Source of the DNA: Callorhinchus milii
Lineage: Eukaryota
Direction of reading: 5' to 3'
DNA length: 34,366 bases
Assembly (NCBI RefSeq): GCF_018977255.1
Contig: NW_024704746.1
Coordinates: forward strand, 4,431,635 to 4,466,000
Made by a program: the position numbers and the translations under genes. The notes under the pieces are model-generated. The model was not told where the DNA came from and ran no database searches. It saw nothing but the letters and a program-made list of their open reading frames with translations. This document shows, one piece after another, positions 1-15,411 of the stretch; the stretch's first letter is position 1; each line of letters starts with the position of its first letter.

Positions 1-52
1 GGTCCTGGAGGTGACTGTGTGCGGAGCTTTGCTGAGGGTGTGTTGTCCGCAG

Positions 53-5589
<5,537 letters not shown>

Positions 5590-5653
5590 TTTGCCCTGAA
5601 TTCACACCGTGTGTTAAATAAGCTCAGGCTTGGAAAATAACTGCAGAGCTGAA

Positions 5654-5659
5654 TTTATT
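5654..5659 (-). terminator. Candidate TRMT13 polyadenylation signal AATAAA
   Basis: tttatt on the + strand, about 220 nt past the TRMT13 stop. Confidence 0.55.
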
Positions 5660-5867
5660 CACTGTTCCTCAAGAGTTTCTTCACAATTGTTATCAACTGA
5701 GGAACCAGCTGGGTAATTGCTGGAGGAATGCATTTCATTCAATGTAACAAAGAATAGAAATTCTAAGCACCCGTCGCTACCCGCAGGTGGACTATCAACT
5801 GCAGCAAAAGGTTATTTGCCTGAAGTACATTTCTGTTCAAGGAAATCGTACGATAAAGAATTCTAGA

Positions 5868-5873
5868 AATAAA
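5868..5873 (+). terminator. Candidate LRRC39 polyadenylation signal AATAAA
   Basis: First canonical AATAAA on the + strand after the LRRC39 stop. Confidence 0.5.
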
Positions 5874-5877
5874 TGAA

Positions 5878-6064
5878 TTAAAAATTCTCTTTTGATTGTG
5901 GTGGTACAGCTGTTAACAAGACATTTTCTGGCGAGATGCAGGGGCTGGTGTAATACTGCAGTGTGGCCATGAATCCTCGCTGCTGCAGGTACTCAATCCT
6001 TCCATGATCAATCAACCGCTTGCAAAGTAAACCCAGGCTTTCCCTTTCTCTCACAGTCAGCATT
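5878..6064 (-). CDS. TRMT13: TRMT13 exon 11, last coding exon (MLTVRERE...SPENVLLTAVPPQSKENF*)
   Basis: ttggcag acceptor, TAA at 5880-5878. Confidence 0.94.
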
Positions 6065-9000
6065 CTGCCAAGGAAATTACAGTGAAACTAAAGTATTATA
6101 ATGGAATAGCTTGGAATAGAGAATGTGAACAGACTAGATTACAAAGAATGTATAGCCGTTCGGCCCAACCAGTCTGTGCCAGTATTTATACTCCACGAGA
6201 GTCTTCACCCGTTTCTTACTCTCTCCCACACCTTTCTGTTCCCCTTTCCCACATGTGAAGGTTTACTTTCCTCTTGAATGCATCCACCACTTCAGGCAGC
6301 AACTTCCACAATCTCTCTCTCCTATGCGTGAAATTCTCTTTTAGATCCCCTCGTCGCTAGCTTATATTTGTGTCCTAAATTAATTTACATAGAGCTCAAT
6401 GGACTACAGTAAGATAATGAAGGCAGATATATATATACACACTCAGTGATGAACTCTGCTTCAAAAGATATCCATACATTTTACAAACTTCTGTGTAAAA
6501 ACAGTCCTAACCCTTTTCACTTTGTGATAATCCTCAAATGATTCTTTTGTTATTGACTTGTTCTGGAACATTTCCCAAACCCCACCTTTGTATTTTGTAA
6601 AGAAAGTGCGGCACTTACTCTAACACTTCAGCAGCACACTGTGAGCTCTCCCCCCAGCCGTGCTCCTGTGGAGGCTCTGCGCTGGCAGCTCGGGACAACG
6701 AGCAGCTCTTCTCACACGTTGCCCAGCTTGACATTCGTTGGAAAATCTGAAAATCTTCCCTATCAAGACCTTGTGAAGAGAAGAATTCTTTGCCCACATA
6801 GTGCTTCCACTCACACTTGTGGTGACAACACAGTGCAACAGCAATCCCTAAGGTGGGCGAGGAGTTCACCTCCTTGTCTGGGTCCCTTTGCTGCTGTTGT
6901 GTCTCTGTTGGATCCGCTTTCAATCTCTTTGTGGCTGGTTCTGTGTCATTATCTTCTTTCACTCTGTAACGTTCTACCAGGCACCTCAGAGAAAGATCTA
7001 TGCAATTGTAAACATTGAATTGCAACAAACATGAAAATGTTTCAAGTTTATAAGTGCGTATTTGCGACACATTTAGGATGAATAGCAAATTGAGACATTT
7101 ATCCTTCTTTCTGGGCAAGATCATATATAATGATATATATATAGTATATATAATAGATCCTCGGAAACATCACTGACTGTGTCCTGATGGGTTAGATTAG
7201 GGGGAAAACTATCAGCAGGATCACAAACTACAGCGGAGGGGGGAGACAGCTCAGTGATGTGAGCAGATCCTTAAGCATTTGGAGAAATGCAAAAGTAGTT
7301 TACGTGGGGGTTGAAAAGAACAAAGGAAAGGAAATATACTATAAACTAATGGAGCGAAGGGAGCAGAGATCCAGTAGTTATTAGGGCTTTTAGAGGTAGG
7401 TACCATGTAAAAAGTAATAGAATTCTAGGTTTAATGGATGGAGGAATTGAATATAAGAGCAAGAAGGTAAGGATCAATTTGTACAATACATTGGTTAAGC
7501 TGCAGTTCCAAGGAGAGCTCGGGATGTGGGAGGGGAAGGATGCGGAAAACAAAGCATACTCTTATCTATACAGAGGGTGCTGGGTCTATGAAATATTCTG
7601 TATTGGCTGAAACGGAGGCACAATCCATCAATAATTTTAAAACGGAATGAATTAGATGGAAGGTGAGGAATGTTAAAAAGGGATGTGAGGAGTGAGCAAG
7701 AGGATGGGATCAGACAAGGTGGCTGGGGGAGAAACACTAGCAGACTCCATGGTGGTATTTTCTTTGCAGTAACATTCTGTGATTGTATATTGGATGATGC
7801 TGGAAGGACAATACTTGACGTGAGGTTAAAACTCTCTCCATTCTATGAAGATGTTGCCTTTGATATTGTATAGATGAGATTTGCAAAGGAACAGCCGCTG
7901 ACTATTATGACGATTTACTTTTCATCTCATCCATACCTGTAGCTGCTCCACACAGGTGTTTGCCAATTCCAACAACAGGCAGCGTCTCACTTGTTAGAAG
8001 AGGCACCTTATCTGCAGGAACAAAGTACATGTGATTCACAAACAAATCAAATCTTTCGGGTAGAAACAACAAATTTCTGCGGATATCCATGATTTACAGA
8101 GCAGGACTTGCCTAGGCTCAAGTGTTGTATGTCAATCTGAAGTCGTCCAAACATGGAGCCCTGATTTTGGTGTTTACCGTCGACCTTCAGAGAAATATTA
8201 GATTTCATGCCGGTTAATTTGAGATCTCAACACGATGGTGAACGATTGTTAGTAATTCACGTGTGTAAACGTTACCTTGAAACGAGTGCTGGCTCTCTCC
8301 ACAAGGAGGAAGTGAACGTTCGGGACACCTTGTAAGGCCCGAGCTACCCAGTGGGACAGCTTTCCCCGGCCAGCACCAAACTCCACAAAGCAGCGGTTTG
8401 ATCCAAGCAAACCCAGCCGTTCCAAGTTACCCACGAGAGAAGCCTGTAACAAGAAACATCCTAACTGCTTTGGCAAATGCATTTGAACTTCAACTATTTT
8501 CTACACTTGGGAGCAGCAGAATCCGTCTGATTACTTCCAATGATTGCTAGTCTCACGCAACACTGCCAAAATAGCCGCTGACTGTATCCTAATAGAAATC
8601 ATGTTTAATGTTATACTATCTTTACCATTGTGTGTTGGTATTAAAAGTAAATCCCCTTAAAGCAGAAATTTTTCACACTGGCGCTGGTCTGGTCTGATCA
8701 GGCCTCGATTGTGAGCATTTTACATGACACAGAGAAACCGCCTAAAATAATTGTAACAACAAAATTACATTTATAGAGTGCCTTTCACGTCGGGAGGACG
8801 TCCCAGAGTTCTAAACAGTCAGGTGTCGGAGGGGTGGTGTAGGGGTAAGGGAAGGCATAGAAGTGGGAGGGAGTCCAAAGGCACGGTCGAGGAGAAGGGT
8901 CTTGAAGGAGGCAAGGGAGGAAGCGAGGCGAAGGGACCATGGGATGGAGTTCCAGAGTGTGGGGGCAGAGAGGCCAAAAGCCCGGCTACCGATGGTAGGG

Positions 9001-12000
9001 CGGGTCGGGCGGGAGCCATGGAGCAGCCCAATGAACGGAGGGAGCGGGCAGGTTGGTAGGGAGTCAGCAGGTCAGAGAGGTAGGAGGGGGCAAGGCCATG
9101 AATGGCCTTAAAGGTGAGAACGAGGATCTTGAACTCGATCCTCTGGGGGATGGGGACCCAGTGGAGTCGGGTGAGGGTGGGAGTGATGGGGTCGCGGAGC
9201 CTGGTGCGTGAGAGTACATGAGCTGCAGAGTTTTGGATGATATGCAGCTTGTGAAGGGAAGCGTTGGGAAGGCCGATGAGGGTGTTCCTGTAATCAAGCC
9301 TTGAGGTGACAAATGCGTGGGTGAGGTAAAAAAAGGTGAAGTTGAAAAGCTGTTCTAGAGATTAGGATTAAAATTGGTGCAATTTCTTAATCTGTCAGAG
9401 ACAAACCATTCTCCAGAAGTTTTTTGGGGGGGAAGAGTTCTCCTGATTATTATTATGATGATTATTATTATTTAGCTCAATTTCTCAATATTCTACAATT
9501 CTCCAAATTGTCTGGGCATTGCTAAAATCCTTGGATCCTTTCTGCACAAGCTCAGTTTCATTCATGGCAAACTGTTCCCTACAATCATTCTGCCACGTGC
9601 AACACATCCCATGTATTATTGCCACATTTCACACACACAGATTCGGTGCTTTTTACGAGCGCTAGTGCTCTAGACATTATCCCACAGGAAGGACTCCTTC
9701 ATTAATCAGCCCTTCCTGACCGAACAATGACTCCTTGTAAATCTGTACCAGTCCAGTGAGCCTCCTACCTGCTGCTTAAGATGTTTAGAGGCAGAATCTC
9801 CATTCTTTGGATCATCCAAGGCTTCTCTTAGTGCAGTGTGGGTTAGTGTTCGGTCTGTGATGGTAGAATTCAAACCTGCAGATAACAGTAAATATTCTGG
9901 AAATACCAGTTTTCATCAAATTACTTACCCTTCATTTTCATAAAAGTATTTTCATTCCTACATCAGACCAGAGATTCCCAACACGTTTCCCCATTGAGTG
10001 CTGAGTTACTGATCTCAGCTGAGGCCACGGTTTGGGATCAATTGACCTCAGATCCCAGGTACCTGCTCCTGATCCGTTGCCAGTGACGGTGTGTTGCCAA
10101 ATCAACTTGTGTTAATGAGTCTGGTCTGCAGACTGGGTTTTGCCACTTCTCTAAGATGTAGCAGAGAATTTTATCTAAAACTTGTTGGTGGGGAAATGTC
10201 CAGTTCATACACAAATTGCTATTTCAATGTTCTGCCATGAGTTACTCTGTAATCTATAATAAATGTAGTTAGATAATGTTCTCATGCCCAGTGGCACCTC
10301 TGTTTCTGATCACTTTTTAAAAATAATTTATTCACACACGTCTCTTTCAAAAATACATTGCATTGTAGTTTGTTTCAGCGCAATCCCTCTGCTCTCTGAA
10401 GATGCTGTCTATCTGCTGAGGTAGGATGGATATGTTCCATCGGGCAATGTTTCATGGAGTGAGTGTGCGAGTGTATCGTCCCCCTTATAGGGCGGGACAC
10501 CTGCGATAACCAACATTTCACCCACACCAAGAAGTCTCATCCACCTGAGTGTTGGGGTCAGAAACCCTATTCATAGAATAACACACATCTATCCAGTTAG
10601 GAGGCTTCTACAAATAGAATTACCAGAAATTAAGCGTATTTTACAGCAAGAAGTTTACATTTCCTGAAATATATATTCACTTGCCTGAACATTGTAATGA
10701 TAACTGTAACCTTTCCCACTGTCCCAGTGCTTTCTCCTGTTAAAACACTCACCACTCGTTGCCTTTCGGAGTTTTGTGATCATTATTTCTATTTCTTCTT
10801 TGGACAGATCACAAAGTGGAACCTTAACAGATATAGAATAATGGTGTTACTTCACTAAAGAGACACAAAAGAAAATGGAAAAAAATATCTATTGTTCAAC
10901 AACCAGTTCCTGTACCTGTTGCTTGGAATTCTCTTCAGCATCTTCAGGACCCCCATTAACATTGTGTCTATAGTAAACCTGCAATTGGTAAATTAGTGCG
11001 AAGGGAAAAGGAAAGAAGAAATTAAATGTAATGTTTCTTATATGGTCTGAGTAAGTATAAAATAACTTGTCTTTATCTCCCCGATCAACCTTCTGATCTA
11101 ATTAATAAATACAATTATCCTAAATTCTTAATTTACATTATAACAACAACAAATTGCATTTATATAGCGTTGGGGGGAGGTGGAGTCAAATCCCTGACTG
11201 TCCAGCGCCTTGGGATGTCCTCCTGATGTAAAAGGCACTGTATAAATGTCATTTGTTGTTGTTATTGGAGCGTATGGGGAGGGCGGGAAATGAGGAGGGC
11301 AAATCAACAATAACTTGCATTTATATAGCGTCCCTCACGCAGGGTGGAGTCCCAGAGCACTGAACCGGATACTGGGTTGTATTAAAAGGGCAATATCGAG
11401 CCGAATTAGTGGGGTAATTCTGCCACTTTATGAATCATTGGTGCGACTGTACCTCAGCCAATTGCGCACAGCAGTGTCCCACAAACAACCGTGGATTGAG
11501 TGACCAAATTTTACATGCAACACGCTCTTCACGTGTGAGTGTTTGTCCACAAAAGCAGTCCTGAAACAAACCACGTTTATTATTTGAGTTAATCTGTTAA
11601 TTACGCTAATATTTCAGAAACAGTGCAACTGAAACCTCCTGCAAAGTTCATTGGAAGCACATGAACAGAGAAAGAAATTAACAGTGAAATCTGAAGGACT
11701 TACTGGTTTGGGTTTTTCCCTCGAATTACATTTTTTCAGATGTTTTTCTAGTTTATCTTCATCGACTGTGCTGTAAAAAAATAATGTCGGCTTTTATTCT
11801 GTTGGTTTCAGTCCGTGTCAGGTTGCGTTGGAAGCACTCTCGCCCCTGAATCAGAAGTTTGTTGGCATTGTCAGGGATCTCCTGTTCTTTGGATAAGATA
11901 TTAAACCAAGACCCCAATCTGCCTATTCAGGTTCGCACTAAAGATCCCACAACACGATTCGAAAAAGAGAAGGGAGTTTCTCCCGGTGTTCTGCCCAACA

Positions 12001-13246
12001 AATCCTCCACTTCAAACTGGTCATTTACTTGATGGTTGTTTGCAGACGCACTGCTGTGAGGAGTGGAGGGCGATTAACGGTGGCGGTCGTCGACCGTTTG
12101 AACTAAAACACACAATTCACATTTCTACACCGACATTACTCACACCCGGTAATTCGGGCGTATTAAAAGATAAAAGGTCCCGCAGCGCTATTTCATGGAA
12201 CAAGCGGGAATATCCCCCGAACGTCTTAGATATTTCATTCAAAGTTCACCCAAAAAACCCCCCACACCAGAATCCATCCAAATTTCTCACGGTTTGCGGG
12301 ATGTCAGTGGCACAGATCAGCCGCTGCGTTTGCGCGAAACAGTACTTTGTATTTGGTTTTTAAAACCAAAATAAGAGAGACTTTGGTTTGGTTTGTGCAC
12401 TTACTGTTTGGGATCGAGGGGACAGCGGATTCGCTTTCCCTGATTTTCGCTCTGGAAGGAAAAACATTCAAATGTTTTCACCTCGAGCTGAAAAATACTT
12501 ATTTTCACTGGTGAGCGAAGCCCCCACTGACCGAATTACCCCGAAACCTTCCCACTCGGGAACGTCCCCCCTTTTGTTTTTCAGTTTTTTAGTAAAAGGT
12601 TAATTTAATATTAGATTTAAAAAAAAATCATCTTCGTTTCTCACTGAAGTCAGACTTCACTCTCCGCCAACTTTACCCCTCACCCCTCACCCCCCCCTCC
12701 CCCCCCACCCCTCACCCCCCGGGCCTGTCCCCCCCCCACCCCTCACCCCCCGTCCCCCCCTCACCCCTCACCCCCCGGGCCCTGTCCCCCCCCCGGGCCT
12801 GTCCCCCCCCCGGGCCTGTCCCCCCCCCCGGGCCTGTCCCCCCCCGGGCCTGTCCCCCCGGGCCCTGCCCCCCCCCGGGCCTGTCCCCCCCCCCGGGCCT
12901 GTCCCCCCCCGGGCCCTGTCCCCCCCCCCCCGGGCCCTGTCCCCCCCCCCCCCCGGGCCTGTCCCCCCCCCCCCGGGCCCTGTCCCCCCCGGCCTGTCCC
13001 CCCCCCGGGGCCTGTCCCCCCCGGCCCTCCCCCCCCCCGGGCCTGTCCCCCCCCCCGGGCCTGTCCCCCCCGGGCCTGTCCCCCCCCCCCCGGGCCCGGG
13101 GTCTGTACCTCTGTGCGGTGTTCCCCGCAGAGGCGGTGCCCGCGGGCTGTGACCATTCGGCAATATCGCCGCTTCTTCACCACGAAGTAACTGCACCTCC
13201 CGGACAGCGGCGCCCGAACCCCGTCCGCGGCCGCTTCCCCCGCCAT
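5878..13246 (-). CDS. TRMT13: TRMT13 tRNA:m(4)X 2'-O-methyltransferase (TRM13 homolog, CCDC76), complete spliced gene, 457 aa
   Basis: Exons 13246-13109, 12451-12405, 11770-11704, 10978-10916, 10822-10753, 9875-9769, 8443-8276, 8184-8112, 8011-7937, 6997-6619 and 6064-5878 sum to 1374 nt with consistent phases. Motifs: N-terminal zinc finger (CSYFVVKKRRYC...CGEH), CHHC finger (CPLDPKHTV...HLKKC), SAM motif (VEFGAGRGKLS), KHLCGAATDL, ALCCHH, RMSSWATC, SPENVLL. Confidence 0.96.
6130..6375 (-). mobile_element. CR1 (HER1-like) 3' fragment in TRMT13 intron 10
   Basis: gccgttcggcccaaccagtctgtgccagtatttatactccacgag resembles the reverse of chondrichthyan CR1 3' ends. Confidence 0.55.
6619..6997 (-). 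CDS. TRMT13: TRMT13 exon 10 (DLSLRCL...ALCCHH...RMSSWATC...EVL)
   Basis: Inside ORF 6615-7124; tgcatag acceptor, GA|gtaagt donor. Confidence 0.94.
7345..7755 (+). mobile_element. Degenerate CR1 fragments in TRMT13 intron 9
   Basis: aatagaattctaggtttaatggatggaggaattgaatataagagcaag translates as NRILGLM..GIEYKSK, a CR1 ORF2 C-terminal motif. Confidence 0.65.
7937..8011 (-). CDS. TRMT13: TRMT13 exon 9 (DKVPLL...GIGKHLCGAAT)
   Basis: ttcctgcag acceptor, G|gtatgg donor. Confidence 0.94.
8112..8184 (-). CDS. TRMT13: TRMT13 exon 8 (VDGKHQ...RLQIDIQHLSL)
   Basis: ctctgaag acceptor; ends at a non-canonical G|gcaagt donor required by phase. Confidence 0.9.
8276..8443 (-). CDS. TRMT13: TRMT13 exon 7 (ASLVGNL...VEFGAGRGKLSHW...TRFK)
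   Basis: Inside ORF 8249-8482; AAG|gtaacg donor. Confidence 0.95.
8754..9327 (-). mobile_element. L2 LINE 3' fragment in TRMT13 intron 6
   Basis: Collinear with the 3' part of the 23011-25005 element; tail aacaacaaaattacatttatagagtgcctttcacgtcgggaggacgtccca. Confidence 0.85.
9769..9875 (-). CDS. TRMT13: TRMT13 exon 6 (GLNST...DPKNGDSASKHLKQQ)
   Basis: tctgcag acceptor, CAG|gtagga donor. Confidence 0.94.
10753..10822 (-). CDS. TRMT13: TRMT13 exon 5 (VPLCDLSKEEIE...LRKATS)
   Basis: ctgttaag acceptor, G|gtgagt donor. Confidence 0.9.
10916..10978 (-). CDS. TRMT13: TRMT13 exon 4 (VYYRHNVNGG...KQQ)
   Basis: ttgcag acceptor, CAG|gtacag donor, 63 nt. Confidence 0.85.
11140..11510. mobile_element. 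Mosaic of L2 tails (both orientations), a CR1 fragment and a SINE fragment
   Basis: L2 tails at 11141-11170 (-), 11195-11263 (+) and 11306-11362 (-); NRILGCIKRAISSR..VILPLYESLVR CR1 motif at 11363-11455; SINE body at 11455-11510. Confidence 0.75.
11704..11770 (-). CDS. TRMT13: TRMT13 exon 3 (TVDEDKLEKHLKKCNSREKPKP)
   Basis: ttttttacag acceptor, CCA|gtaaag donor. Confidence 0.94.
11812..12335 (+). mobile_element. Two degenerate DeuSINE copies in TRMT13 intron 2
   Basis: 11812-12060 aligns with 17838-18140; 12145-12335 is a more diverged Deu-domain/3' remnant. Confidence 0.7.
12405..12451 (-). CDS. TRMT13: TRMT13 exon 2 (SENQGKRIRCPLDPKH)
   Basis: ccttccag acceptor, CA|gtaagt donor. Confidence 0.93.
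12675..13095. repeat. C-rich (G-rich on - strand) degenerate minisatellite, unit gggcctgt(c)n, roughly 18-20 copies, plus cccctca repeats
   Basis: Directly visible; starts about 15 nt into TRMT13 intron 1. Confidence 0.95.
13109..13246 (-). CDS. TRMT13: TRMT13 exon 1 (MAGEAAADG...LCGEHRTE)
   Basis: ATG at 13246 in a CpG-rich region; GAG|gtacag donor. Confidence 0.88.
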
Positions 13247-13390
13247 CAGCCCCGGCCCCGGGGGCCCTGAACCCAGAGACAGACTGAGCCGTGACCGCCC
13301 CCTCTCCCCTCCCCACCGCGGGGCCCGGGAGCACAGCGGGAGCTGCTCGAGTGGCCGTGTGGCTCCCAGAACCGGATATGGGAAGGCTGC
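13247..13390 (-). promoter_or_regulatory. TRMT13 GC-rich promoter / 5' UTR
   Basis: CpG-rich segment immediately upstream of the TRMT13 ATG. Confidence 0.6.
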
Positions 13391-13625
13391 GCCCTCTGTT
13401 GGTTGGGGGCGGTATTGCCCTCTGTTGGTTGGGGAGCGGTATTGCCCTCTGTTGGTTGGGGGCGGTATTGCCCTCTGTTGGTTGGGGGCGGTATTGCCCT
13501 CTGTTGGTTGGGGGCGGTATTGCCCTCTGTTGGTTGGGAGCGGTATTGCCCTCTGTTGGTTGGGAGCGGTATTGCCCTCTGTTGGTTGGGAGCGGTATTG
13601 CCCTCTGTTGGTTGGGGGCGGTATT
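13391..13625. repeat. Minisatellite, 9 copies of a 26-bp unit gccctctgttggttggg(g/a)gcggtatt
   Basis: Directly visible head-to-tail repeats (one unit is 27 bp). It produces the repetitive ORFs at 12761-13860. Confidence 0.95.
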
Positions 13626-14174
13626 GCACCTGCAGAGTGTGATCTGCCCTCACACAGAGGAAGCGGAGACACTGGTACCACTTGAGCACCTGGTCACTGG
13701 GCTCAGGCCGGGCTGGTCCTGACAAGAGAGACAGAGACCATCCCGTCACCTGACCTGCTCGGGTGGTCAAGAAGACATGGTTCAGGTCTGCGGTGTCCTT
13801 TGACAATTTGGGGCCTGGAGGTGTTTGCGGGGGGAGATTGGGGCTTGTCCTGGGGGGCAACCCTCGTTCCCGAAGTGGGAACGTTTGAGCCTAACTTGGT
13901 TATCGGGGGTGAGCGAGCCTAACCTCGCTCACCAGAGACAAAATCGTTTTAAGATCATGATAATAATTCTGGCATTTGGTACAGTATCTCTTCGAGACGT
14001 CTCAAAGCGCTTCACAGAGTAGAGTGGACTGACTGTATATTTTGTGGGTGAGATCGTCAGTCACTCGGCAAATGGAGAGGTTACGAGAATCATCAGAGTA
14101 ATGTGTTATGGAATGCCGTCGGGAGCGGTGGCTGAGCTTTCAAAGGGTAACTCGATAAAATTATTTCATCCACA

Positions 14175-14935
14175 TCATCGGCAGTGCTTTTAGCCACTAG
14201 TCCCCGAAAACTCTGGAACTCAGCCTTAATTCTCCACCTTTTCCTTCTTCAAATGGCACCTGAAGATCTTCTTCTTCAACTGTGCCAATGGTCATCTCCC
14301 CCCTCTCCCTGGCTCAGCGGCAAACTCCATCACAGTTAAACGCTCCAGGATGTGCTACCCTGCGTGAAGGGCACAATACAAATGCAAGTTGTTGTAAAAA
14401 GAAAAAAAAGGTACGTGGGTATGGGAAAAGGGTGAGTAAATGGGATCGAAAGATTGCTCTTAAAAGAGCCTATGCAGACCTGATGGCCCGAGTAGTCTTT
14501 TGGCTGCAAATTTCTATTGTTCCATCTATGGCTCTGGTTTATTATAGGTATTACTGGCTGCAGCTCGAGCATTTGTCTGACATCAAGTCCGGGCTGAGAC
14601 TCTCTGTCACCATCTGCTCACCTCACACACTGACTGACCTGCATGGACTCCACCTCAGGGGATCTCTCCACATCACAGAACCAAACCTGTGTCGTCTTTG
14701 ACTCCCAACTATCTTTCAAGTCTTACACGTGGGCTTTGACTCACCTCTGCATCATTGCCTGCCTCTATCACCCCTACCTCCAGGCTTCTGAAATGCTCAT
14801 TCACAGCTTCCTGATGTCCAGGCTCAGCTATTTGAACACCCAGCACACCAGACTCCCAGCTTTTCCCTGAACAAGCTGTAGCTCCATGTCCTCTCCTAGG
14901 CTGTGAGCCTACCTATCACCCTTAATCTGGTCTCA
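14175..14935 (+). mobile_element. Degenerate L2 fragments in the TRMT13-MFSD14A intergenic gap
   Basis: L2 3' end with tail at ~14175-14395; ORF2-like remnant (aacctgtgtcgtctttgactcccaactatctttc) at ~14560-14935. Confidence 0.65.
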
Positions 14936-15405
14936 TGGTCTACTGTCAGATCTGCTGGACCACACCAAAAACTTACTGTTGTTCGCTCTCCTCAGCCAAA
15001 TCCTACTCCAGGCTCACCCTAGATGGAAAAGATAACCCAGGCTCCTCTTCACCACCCATCCTCCCACTATCCTCACCTTCAACTCCCAAATGAGAGGTCT
15101 CCAAAATTACAAAGATGCACTGAGCTGCCTGTACTTCCTCTCCACTCATGCCCACATCTTTAATCCAGTCACTTCTTCCTCATGAAACCCATCACCTGGT
15201 TTCTCATCTCCTGTCCACCCAATGACTGCTTCTTGCTGCCCGGTAGCTGCTGTCTTCAATCCCACCACACTTTTGCCTCTCCATTTTGAATTGTCATTGA
15301 AAGTGAAGCGTACAAGTACATTGATGCTGCTGAGTAATCTATTTTTAGTGAGGAAATCAAACTAAAAAATGAAAATCTAAGTACAACTAATGTAAAATAT
15401 TTAGT

Positions 15406-15411
15406 TTTATT
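15406..15411 (-). terminator. Candidate distal MFSD14A polyadenylation signal AATAAA (a proximal one is at 16309-16314)
   Basis: tttatt at the end of a ~1.6 kb AT-rich segment with no recognisable repeats following the stop codon. Confidence 0.55.

Noticed and set aside
6641-7018. 125-aa + strand ORF
   Set aside because: Antisense shadow of TRMT13 exon 10, with no splice or homology support
13391-13625. 26-bp direct repeats as a CRISPR array
   Set aside because: Units are head-to-tail with no unique spacers, there are no cas genes, and the context is vertebrate
12761-13860. Long Gly/Pro-rich and repetitive ORFs (306, 188, 204, 143 aa)
   Set aside because: They are translations of two stop-free minisatellites; only 13246-13109 is real coding sequence (TRMT13 exon 1)
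14282-14701. 139-aa ORF in the intergenic gap as a SASS6 remnant or new gene
   Set aside because: It crosses an L2 tail and L2 ORF2 debris and does not resemble the SAS-6 head or coiled coil
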